64,000 nt of DNA from an uncultured delta proteobacterium (lineage in GTDB: Bacteria > Myxococcota_A > Polyangia > Polyangiales > Polyangiaceae): contig CAWDXG010000004.1 of the NCBI GenBank assembly GCA_963806225.1, forward strand, positions 992,001-1,056,000, given 5' to 3'. Under the pieces are notes generated by a model. That model saw nothing but the letters and a program-made list of their open reading frames with translations, had not been told where the DNA came from and did no database searches. Of this stretch, positions 32,315-40,548 are shown piece by piece (position 1 is the stretch's first letter; the number at the start of each line of letters is the position of its first letter). A program made the translations under genes and the position numbers.

Positions 32315-32904
32315 CCGACGGCGGAGTACCTCCCCAGGCGCCGCCGGCCCGCTTCAAGGCGGAGCTGCGCAAGGCCAGGCGCAAGAACGCCGGCGGGCAG
32401 GAGGTCAACTTCCTCAACATCACCGCGATGCTCGACATCATGACGATCATCCTGGTCTTCCTCCTGAAGACCCTGGGTGAGTCGAGCGCGTCGATTCCGC
32501 AGAACAAGGACATGACCCTGCCGAAGTCGGTGATCGAGACGCAGCCTGCCCAGGAAGGCGTCATCGTCACGGTTTCGAAGACGCAGATCCTGGTCGGTAA
32601 CAACCAGGTGCTGCAGCTACCCGGCCGCGAGTCGCTCGCGCAGACCGGCGTCGGAGCCCGCTACAAGCGCAGCGGTCCGAACGATCTCTACATCGTGCCG
32701 CTGGGCAACGCCCTGCAGTCGGCGCGCAAGACGGACAAGCTCATCCGCGAAGCCAAGGGGCTCGACGCCTCGAGCTCGGAAGCGATTATCGTGGCCGACC
32801 AGACCACTCCCTATCGCCTCTTGATCGAGGTGCTCTTCACCCTCGGACAGAACGAGTTCGGCAAGTACCACCTGATGGTGGTCCAGTCGAAGAGCGCGAA
32901 CTGA
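32311..32904 (+). CDS. ExbD/TolR family, AglS-like
   Basis: LNITAMLDIMTIILVFLLK; IVAD..TPYRLL.EV..T; ATGA overlap with the upstream gene. Confidence 0.88.
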   Translation: MTDGGVPPQAPPARFKAELRKARRKNAGGQEVNFLNITAMLDIMTIILVFLLKTLGESSASIPQNKDMTLPKSVIETQPAQEGVIVTVSKTQILVGNNQVLQLPGRESLAQTGVGARYKRSGPNDLYIVPLGNALQSARKTDKLIREAKGLDASSSEAIIVADQTTPYRLLIEVLFTLGQNEFGKYHLMVVQSKSAN

Positions 32905-33160
32905 CCGGCGCGGGCCGGCCGGCGGGCGGCCCGGCGCGAGAGCGGGCTTGCCGGCCCCCTCGGGGCCGTGCTACGAACCCTCTTCGTTAGTTGGCTCGTC
33001 GCTCCTGCGGGGGAGCGTCCCGGCCCTGGCCCTCGGGCAGGTCGGCCGAGCCCCAACGCTGATGCCTGGATGGTGACCCTGGTCGCCGGGCGGCTCGCAG
33101 GGGCAGATCCTCGCAGGCGCTGCATGGAGCGGCAGGCGTTGCCGTGTTCGAAGTGCCGTC

Positions 33161-35335
33161 GTGACCGAAATCGGCCTGATCCTCGGGATCAATATTGCGG
33201 GATTGGCGTTCGCCGTTTCCCTTGCGCGTTGGCTATCCGCACGCGATGCGGGCACCGCCGAGATGCGCCGTCTCGCCGGCGCGGTGCAGCGTGCCGCCGA
33301 GACGTTCCTGTGGCGTGAGTTCCGTCTGGTCGCGGCGGGGGCCATCGGGCTGTCGGCGCTGGTGTTCGCCCTGCACGCCGGCCTCGAGCATCCGGGGGGC
33401 CCGCTGGGCAACGTCGAATCCGGCTTCTGGATGGTCCTCGGGCTCCTGCTCGGGGCCGGCCTGGCCTGCCTGACTGCTCACGCCGGCGCCAAGCTCGCGG
33501 TCCGCGCCAGCGTCCGCACCCTGGCCGCCGCGCGTGTCAGCCTGGACCGGGCCCTGGGCATCGCCGCCCGCGCCGGCGCGGCGACGGGGCTCCTGGTCGA
33601 AGCTGCGAGTGTGTTGTCGCTCGCGGCTCTGTTCGGCCTCGTGTACGCAATGAAGGGCGGCTTCCACCTCCCGCCCGACCAGGCCGCACCGCTGGCGCTC
33701 CACGTCGCGATGCTCCTACCCGGCTTCGGCTTCGGTGCGGTGGCCGCTGCGCTCGTCATCCAGCGCGGCGGCGCCACCTACCACGTCTCGAGCGACGTCG
33801 GCGGCGACCTGGCAGGCGAGCGCGACGCCGGCCTCGAGCACGACGACACGCGCAACCCGGCCGTGGTGGCAGAGCTGGTCGGCGACCACGTCGGACTGGC
33901 GGCAACGCGGAGCGTGGATCTGTTCGTGTCCGCCACGGTCGCCAACGTCACGGCAGTCATCGTGGCGGCAGCCGTGTACAACGCGCGTCACGCCGAGCTC
34001 GGCGGCATGCTCGCGCTAGTCACGCTGCCTCTCGTCGTCCGGTCCTTCGGCGTGATCGCGTCGGGCTTCGGCGTGATGGTCGTCCACACCGACGACGTCC
34101 ACAGCCCGGCCGGCGCGCTGTGGCGCGGGCACCTCGCAACGGCGGTGGTTGCGCTCGCTGGGCTCGCCGGCGCGACGATCTGGCTTCTGGGCGAGCGCTT
34201 CTGGCTTCCGTTCTTCGCTGCGGGAACGATCGGCGTGCTGGCAGCAGCTGCAGTCGCGCATGCGGCCCGGCTTCGCGTGGAGCGGCGCTTCAGCGCGCTG
34301 CGTGACGTGCTCGACTCGCTGCGTGTGGGCGGAGCGGCTGCGATCGCCCAGGGTCTGGGCGTGGGGCTGCAGGCCGCAGCGCTTCCGGCACTCGTGGTGG
34401 GCGCTGCAATGGCCGGCGCGTGGCAGCTGGGCGCCGCGACGGGGCTGGTGAGCGGTGGCCTTCTGGCCGCGCTCACTGCGCTCATGGCGATGCTCGCGAT
34501 CGGGCCGTACGTGCTGGCGATCGGCAGCTTCGGGCCGATCGCGGACAACGCGCGCGGAATCGCAGCGATGAATCGCGCTTCCACGGAAGGCGACGCCGAG
34601 CGTCGTACCGGCCGGCTCGATGATGCGGGCTTCTCGGCCGCCGCCGTGGCCCAGACCTACTTGATCACGGTCGGCTGTCTGTCGGCGTTGCTCGCCGCTG
34701 CAGCGCTGCCGCTCATCAGCAAGGCAAGCTCGGGTTACGCGGGCCTGCTCGACGCGGCGCAGCCGGCAGTCGTGTGGAGCGGAGCACTCGGCGCTGCGGT
34801 GGTGCTGGCCTATGCCGGTGCGGCAGTCCGCGCGGCGATGCGCGGCGCGCGCGGCGTGGCGTTGGAGGTCGAGCGACAGCTGCGCGGGTTCCCCCGCGAG
34901 CGGGGTCTGGCCCAGGTGCCACGCGACTACACGCCCAGCTACCGGAGCTGCATCGATCTGACCGCACGCGCGGCGCTCGGTCGTGTAGTCCCAGCCGTGG
35001 CCGTGGCTCTGCTGTTACCCGCGGCGCTCGGCGGCTCGCTCTCGCTGCTCTACCACGGCAGCGCGCCGGGCCTCGCCGCGCAGGCACTGGCGGCCTTCGT
35101 CGTCGTTGCCACACTCACGGGCCTTGCCGCTGCGCTCGTCGGCGACGGAGCCCGGGCTGCGCTCGGCGCCGCGCGCCGGGCGAACCGGCCGCGGACGACG
35201 TCATCGGGCTTCGCCGCGTCCGTGAGCGGCGATGCCGTCGCCGACGTGCTCGGCAACGCCGCGGGCCCTGCCGCCCATCTATTCGTGAAGGCCGTCGCTC
35301 TCACTGCGCTGGCCATTGTTCCCTTTCTAACCTGA
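33161..35335 (+). CDS. membrane-integral pyrophosphatase (HppA) homolog with degenerate active site
   Basis: 724 aa, many TM segments; remnants DVGGDL.G, DDTRNPAV, GPIADNA.GIA.M, EV.RQ, GD...D....AGP. Confidence 0.8.
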   Translation: MTEIGLILGINIAGLAFAVSLARWLSARDAGTAEMRRLAGAVQRAAETFLWREFRLVAAGAIGLSALVFALHAGLEHPGGPLGNVESGFWMVLGLLLGAGLACLTAHAGAKLAVRASVRTLAAARVSLDRALGIAARAGAATGLLVEAASVLSLAALFGLVYAMKGGFHLPPDQAAPLALHVAMLLPGFGFGAVAAALVIQRGGATYHVSSDVGGDLAGERDAGLEHDDTRNPAVVAELVGDHVGLAATRSVDLFVSATVANVTAVIVAAAVYNARHAELGGMLALVTLPLVVRSFGVIASGFGVMVVHTDDVHSPAGALWRGHLATAVVALAGLAGATIWLLGERFWLPFFAAGTIGVLAAAAVAHAARLRVERRFSALRDVLDSLRVGGAAAIAQGLGVGLQAAALPALVVGAAMAGAWQLGAATGLVSGGLLAALTALMAMLAIGPYVLAIGSFGPIADNARGIAAMNRASTEGDAERRTGRLDDAGFSAAAVAQTYLITVGCLSALLAAAALPLISKASSGYAGLLDAAQPAVVWSGALGAAVVLAYAGAAVRAAMRGARGVALEVERQLRGFPRERGLAQVPRDYTPSYRSCIDLTARAALGRVVPAVAVALLLPAALGGSLSLLYHGSAPGLAAQALAAFVVVATLTGLAAALVGDGARAALGAARRANRPRTTSSGFAASVSGDAVADVLGNAAGPAAHLFVKAVALTALAIVPFLT

Positions 35336-35359
35336 TACATCCCACCTGTTACCTCGAGG

Positions 35360-38300
35360 ATGGACTTGTCGTCACTAGCGGACGCCCTCTCAACACTCTC
35401 TGATCGCGGCCTACGCCGCCTGCTCGGCGCGCGCACCTTCCTGCGCGGGCTCGACTACGAAAAGCGCAAGGTCGTCGAGGACGTTGGCGTCAACGAGTCG
35501 AGCGCGCACGGCCGCGTGAAGGGCTCGGACCCGGACCCCTACGAGGTCACGATCCGGCTGGGTGGAGAAGGCATCACCTCGCACTGCACCTGCCCCGCCT
35601 TCCAGAAGACGGGGCAGCACTGCAAACACGTCGCTGCGCTCTTGATCACCGTGCGCAACCAGGCGCGCGCCCAGCTGCCGCGACGCGAACCGCAGCAACC
35701 TCCCCCTCCGCAACCGCAACACCCGGGCGGAAACGAGAGCAAGTCGAGCCGCCGCCGCGATCGACGACGGCGCGCACAGGGGCAACAGCCGGTCGTCCCG
35801 CCCGGCCTGACGCCGCCGCCCACGCCGCACGCCAGCGCCAAGCCAACGGGCATCGGCGCCTGGCTCGCGCCGGAAGACAACGTGCGCAGGCTCAACCTCG
35901 AGTTCCGCGTGCACGTGCGCCAGGGCGGACTCACGGTCACGGTGCTCGACACGGACGCCCGCGTGCCCCTCTTGCCGAGCGTCGCATTGACGTGGCAGGC
36001 CTACGCGCCGACCAAGGACCGAGACGCTCTCAGGGTGTTGGCGCGTTTCGAAAGCGGAAACCCGCGGCACCCCGCCGTCGACATCCGCGACGAGGACGCC
36101 GCCGAGCTCCTGCCGCTCCTGCGCGGACAGCGCGTTCTGCTGGAGCCAGCTCTGATGCAGCTCCGCTTCGCGGAAGAGCCGCTGAAGCCGCGCTTCGATC
36201 TCGAAATGGTCGGCGCGGACACGATCGTGGCCAAGGTCACCTTCGAGCGCCCGAACGACGGCCGGCGTTTCCAGCTCACCAGCGGCGGCTGGTTCCAGGG
36301 AGCTCCCGGCTGGCACATCGACACCAGCGAAGGCATCGCGCGTCCTATCGATCATCACGTGTCGCCCGCCGCGCTGGGGCGCCTGCTGCGCAGCCCCACG
36401 ATCGCCGAGCCCGCCTCGGAGCTGATCAGCATGATCACCACGGGACTGCCGAAGGTCGCGCTAGAGGTGGGTGCGGAGCTGCCCGAACTGTCACAGGTTG
36501 CGGACGTCATCGACCTTACGCCCACGTTCCGGATGCGTGCATCCGGCGGAATCACCGAAGCCCAGATCGCGCTGCGCGCTGCCTACGGCGACCTCGAGGT
36601 GGAGGTCCGCGCCGACGGCATTTCGCCGCCGGTCATGATCCAGCCGCCCGAGGAGGGCCAGAAGCGCGCAACCTGCATCCGCTGCGACATCGTCGCGCAG
36701 CAACAGGCGGCACAGGAGCTCCTCGGGCTGGGTCTTTCCCCCGACCAGAGCGGCGAGTTCTTCACGGCGGAAGGCGAGCAGGCCATCAAGTTCTGGTCGG
36801 AGGGCGTGGGCTCGCTGCCCGAGGACTGGGACCTGTACGTGCCGGAGCACCTGCTCGGCACGCACGTGCGCAGCAAACCGCTTGCAATGAACGCGCGTGT
36901 CTCGAGCGGAGTGGACTGGCTGAGCGTCAAGCTCGTGTTCGAAGCCGAGGGCGTCGGAGTCGACCGCGAGGAGCTGGAGCGTTGTCTGCGCGAGGGGCGG
37001 AAGTTCGTGCGGCTGTCGGACAACTCCTACGCCCAGCTCGACACGGGCAAAGTCCAGGCCGCCATCGACCGCGAGATCGAACTGCTCGCCTCGGCCGGCA
37101 AGAACGGTAAGCTCCCGCTCTCGCAGGCGGGCCGCGTGCAGGAGCTCCTCCAACAGACCGACCAGTCCTCCGTGACAGCAGGAGCGAAGGCTCTCTTCCA
37201 GAAGCTCGCCGACATCGACGAGATCAAGGCCGTCAAGAAGCCCCGCGGCTTGAAGGCCACCCTGCGCCCGTACCAGGAACAGGGGCTGTCGTGGCTCAGG
37301 TTCATCCACGAAATCGGCTCTGGCGGCGTGCTCGCGGACGACATGGGTCTCGGCAAGACGATCCAGACGCTCGCGCTTCTGCTCACGCTGAAGGCCGACA
37401 AGAAGCAGAAGAGCCTGAGCGCTCTGATCGTCGCGCCCACGAGCGTTGTCAGCAACTGGATGCGCGAGATCGAACGTTTCTCGCCATCGCTCACAACTGC
37501 GCTCTGGCATGGTGCCGGCCGCAAGGAGCAGAAGGGCGAGCTCGAGAATGTCAACGTCATCATCACCAGCTACGCCCTGCTGAGACGCGACATCGATCTG
37601 CTCAAGAAGCTCAAGCTCGACTATGCGATCCTGGACGAAGCGCAGAACATCAAGAACCCGATGAGCGCCACGGCGCAGGCGGCAAAGGATCTGCAGGCGG
37701 CTCACCGGCTGGCGCTGACCGGAACGCCCATCGAGAACCGGCTGAGCGAGATCTGGTCGATCTTCGAATTCGTCAGCCCGGGACTGCTCGGACCGCTGCA
37801 GAAATTCGAGGAAAGGTTCGCGCGCCCGATCGATCAGGGCGACTCGAAGAAGGCCGCACGGCTGCGCGCCACGATCCACCCGTTCATCCTGCGACGGACG
37901 AAGGTGGAGGTCGCCAAGGACCTGCCGCCGAAGCTCGAGGTCGACAAGATCATCGACATGCCCGGCGATCAGAAGGCCATCTACATGCAGGTGCTGCGCG
38001 AAGTGCGCGCACAGGTCATGGGCGAGGTGGAGCGCGTCGGTGTTGCCAAGAGCCAGTTGCACATCCTGGCGGGGCTCACGAAGCTACGCCAGGCCGCCTG
38101 CGACCCACGGCTGCTCGGCCTGCCGCGTGAGTTCAGCCACGACGATAGCGGCAAGCTAAGCGCCCTGCGCGAGCTGGTGGACGAGGTCCAGTCCGGCGGG
38201 CACAAGGTGCTGATCTTCAGCCAGTTCGTGTCGATGTTGAAGCTGATGCGCGAAGCACTGGACGAGGACAAGATCCGCTACGAGTACCTCGACGGAAGCA

Positions 38301-38659
38301 CCATGGATCGCCCCGAGCGCATCGACCGCTTCCAGACCGACCCGATGATCCCGGTGTTCTTGATCAGCCTGAAAGCGGGCGGATCGGGGCTGAACCTCAC
38401 GGCCGCCGACACGGTGATCCACTTCGACCCGTGGTGGAACCCCGCTGTCGAAGACCAGGCTTCGGACCGTGCCCACCGCATCGGCCAGAAGAAGGTCGTC
38501 ACCGTCTACCGGTTGGTCGCGGCCGGCACCATCGAAGAGAAGATCCTCCAGCTGAAGCAGAAGAAGAAGGATCTCGTCGCCTCGGTACTCAGCGAGGACG
38601 CTGGTGGCGGCAAGCGTCTCACGCGCGAGGATCTCGACGACCTGTTCCGCATGGAGTGA
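35360..38659 (+). CDS. SWIM zinc finger / SNF2 family helicase
   Basis: CTC......HCKH (SWIM); LADDMGLGKT, DEAQ, TGTPIEN, SLKAGG.GLNL, QA.DRAHRIGQ. Confidence 0.95.
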   Translation: MDLSSLADALSTLSDRGLRRLLGARTFLRGLDYEKRKVVEDVGVNESSAHGRVKGSDPDPYEVTIRLGGEGITSHCTCPAFQKTGQHCKHVAALLITVRNQARAQLPRREPQQPPPPQPQHPGGNESKSSRRRDRRRRAQGQQPVVPPGLTPPPTPHASAKPTGIGAWLAPEDNVRRLNLEFRVHVRQGGLTVTVLDTDARVPLLPSVALTWQAYAPTKDRDALRVLARFESGNPRHPAVDIRDEDAAELLPLLRGQRVLLEPALMQLRFAEEPLKPRFDLEMVGADTIVAKVTFERPNDGRRFQLTSGGWFQGAPGWHIDTSEGIARPIDHHVSPAALGRLLRSPTIAEPASELISMITTGLPKVALEVGAELPELSQVADVIDLTPTFRMRASGGITEAQIALRAAYGDLEVEVRADGISPPVMIQPPEEGQKRATCIRCDIVAQQQAAQELLGLGLSPDQSGEFFTAEGEQAIKFWSEGVGSLPEDWDLYVPEHLLGTHVRSKPLAMNARVSSGVDWLSVKLVFEAEGVGVDREELERCLREGRKFVRLSDNSYAQLDTGKVQAAIDREIELLASAGKNGKLPLSQAGRVQELLQQTDQSSVTAGAKALFQKLADIDEIKAVKKPRGLKATLRPYQEQGLSWLRFIHEIGSGGVLADDMGLGKTIQTLALLLTLKADKKQKSLSALIVAPTSVVSNWMREIERFSPSLTTALWHGAGRKEQKGELENVNVIITSYALLRRDIDLLKKLKLDYAILDEAQNIKNPMSATAQAAKDLQAAHRLALTGTPIENRLSEIWSIFEFVSPGLLGPLQKFEERFARPIDQGDSKKAARLRATIHPFILRRTKVEVAKDLPPKLEVDKIIDMPGDQKAIYMQVLREVRAQVMGEVERVGVAKSQLHILAGLTKLRQAACDPRLLGLPREFSHDDSGKLSALRELVDEVQSGGHKVLIFSQFVSMLKLMREALDEDKIRYEYLDGSTMDRPERIDRFQTDPMIPVFLISLKAGGSGLNLTAADTVIHFDPWWNPAVEDQASDRAHRIGQKKVVTVYRLVAAGTIEEKILQLKQKKKDLVASVLSEDAGGGKRLTREDLDDLFRME

Positions 38660-38768
38660 GCGCGGAACGCGCGGCGAAGCGAAGCGAGCCGCCGCCCCAG
38701 CGAAGCGAGGCGCGTCGGGCTGCTCGAGGGGCGCGCAACGAGCCGCGCCCTGCTGCGCGCAGCACGCC
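38660..38768. repeat. REP-like GC-rich intergenic hairpin element between convergent genes
   Basis: repeated GCGAAGCG motifs and short inverted repeats (GGGCGCG...CGCGCCC; TGCTGCGCGCAGCA). Confidence 0.4.
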
Positions 38769-39215
38769 CTAGAAGTCGCTGCCGGTGCTGCCCTGCTGGC
38801 AGCCGGTGCCGGTGTCTACGCCGCACGGACCGTTGGCGGTCACGCAGCACGGCTGGCCGAAGCCGGAGGTCGGACAGAACGCCGGATTGCAGGTGCCGCT
38901 TCCGCCGCCGGTTCCCGAGCCGCCGGTTCCCGAGCCGCCGGTTCCCGAGCCGCCCGCGCCCGTTCCACCGGTGGAGGAGCCGCCCGTCGCGCCGGTACCG
39001 CCGGCCGCGCTGCTGCCGCCCGTGCCGCTTCCTCCGACGCCGCTGCCACCCGCGCCCGTGCCACCGGTCGAGGAGTCCACGCCGGAGTCCTGGTTGCCGG
39101 AGCCCCCGCTCGGGAAAGTCGTCCCGGTGTCGCTAGAAGCACAGGATATCACCAGCGCCGAGGCTGAAAGCGTGACAAAGCCAATCCCAAATACGCGGGT
39201 GAATAGGGAGCTCAC
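38769..39215 (-). CDS. small Gly-rich lipoprotein with C-terminal Cys knot
   Basis: GTG after SD GGAGG; signal ending VISC; GGSGT repeats; CNPAFCP..GFGQPCC...GPCG.....C. Confidence 0.72.
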   Translation of the reverse strand: MSSLFTRVFGIGFVTLSASALVISCASSDTGTTFPSGGSGNQDSGVDSSTGGTGAGGSGVGGSGTGGSSAAGGTGATGGSSTGGTGAGGSGTGGSGTGGSGTGGGSGTCNPAFCPTSGFGQPCCVTANGPCGVDTGTGCQQGSTGSDF

Positions 39216-39429
39216 AAGACCTCCTGAGGGGGAAGCGGGGGTCAACCTCCAAGCCGACCGACCACTTCAGTGTAACGTCAACGTCCCCCACAGACGAAGA
39301 GAAAATGCGTTGCGTTGAAGCTTATCCCTTCGTCCTCATTGAAATTTTTGAAGCGCGGCCGGGGTAATTCCATTGCGGCTGGATGGCCGGCTGGCACCCG
39401 GCGCCTGCTGGGCCGGGCCGCCGCTCGTC

Positions 39430-40548
39430 TCAGCGCCGCATCGAGACGTTCATCAAGAGCCCCAGCGCGATCAGCATCGTGATCACGCTCGACCCGCCAT
39501 ACGAGAACAGCGGCAGCGTAATGCCAACCACGGGCAGCAGGCCGACGGCCATCCCGAGATTGAACACCGTGTGCCAGAAGAACATCGCCCCTACGCCGAC
39601 TGCAACCGCCGCACCAAAGCGGTCCTTCGCCTGCGACGCGACGTGGATCGCCCAGATGCAGATGAACGCGTACAGCGCCAGGAGTAGCACGCTGCCCACG
39701 AAGCCCCAGTCCTCGGCGAACACGGCGAACGGGAAGTCCGAGAACTGATCGGGCAGGAACCCGAACTGGTTCTGCGTCCCCTTCATGAAGCCTTCACCGA
39801 GGAACCGGCCGTTGCCGATCGCGGTGCGCGACTGGAATGCGTGCCATCCGGCACCGGTCTTGTCCGCTTCGGGGTTCAGGAAGCTCGTGATGCGCGCCCG
39901 CTGGTAGTCGTGCATCCCGAACTTCCAGAGCAGCGGGATGCCCAGCGAGACAGCGGCAAACATCGAGAACAGGCTGCGCCCACGGATGCGCGTCATCGCG
40001 ATCATGGCGCCGGCCGTCAGCAGGTAGATCATGCTCGTCCCGAGATCGGGCTGGGCCATGACCGCTATCACCGGAAGCAACGTCAGCGCTGCGGGTGGCG
40101 CGAGATCGAACAGCGTACGGGGTTCCGTCTTCGGGTCGTTGTGCAGGTACTTGGCGACCACGAGGATCAGCAGGATCTTCATGAACTCGCTCGGCTGGAA
40201 CGAGAACCCTCCAATCTGGATCCAACGCGACGACCCGCGGATGTCCGCGCCCAGGACGAACACCAGGCCGAGCGCCACCAACCCCGCCGCGTACAGCACG
40301 TAGGCCATCCGCTCGAAGTGCCGGTAGTCGATGATCGCCGCCAGGAACCCCAGCAGGATGCCCACGACGATCCAGTAGATCTGCGACACGTAGATGTCGG
40401 CCAGGCCGGATTTCGCCGAATTGATGTACACGCTGGTGGCGCTGTACAGATTGACGATGCCGAAGGTCGCGATGGCCACGATGCCGACGAGCAGCGGCAT
40501 GTCCACCTGGGTGCCCCCGCGGAACGACACACGATCGGCGCTGGCCAT
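39430..40548 (-). CDS. rodA: rod shape-determining protein RodA
   Basis: GSSRWI, FQPSEFMK, QPDLGT, LPDQFSDF, GITLPLFSYGGSS. Confidence 0.95.
   Translation of the reverse strand: MASADRVSFRGGTQVDMPLLVGIVAIATFGIVNLYSATSVYINSAKSGLADIYVSQIYWIVVGILLGFLAAIIDYRHFERMAYVLYAAGLVALGLVFVLGADIRGSSRWIQIGGFSFQPSEFMKILLILVVAKYLHNDPKTEPRTLFDLAPPAALTLLPVIAVMAQPDLGTSMIYLLTAGAMIAMTRIRGRSLFSMFAAVSLGIPLLWKFGMHDYQRARITSFLNPEADKTGAGWHAFQSRTAIGNGRFLGEGFMKGTQNQFGFLPDQFSDFPFAVFAEDWGFVGSVLLLALYAFICIWAIHVASQAKDRFGAAVAVGVGAMFFWHTVFNLGMAVGLLPVVGITLPLFSYGGSSVITMLIALGLLMNVSMRR

Noticed and set aside
33161..35335. Conventional pseudogene or normal active HppA
   Set aside because: No stops or frameshifts over 724 codons, yet too many catalytic residues are missing for a normal enzyme
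35360..38659. SNF2 helicase as an anti-phage defence system
   Set aside because: Stand-alone SWIM-SNF2 in housekeeping context with no methylase, nuclease or other defence partners
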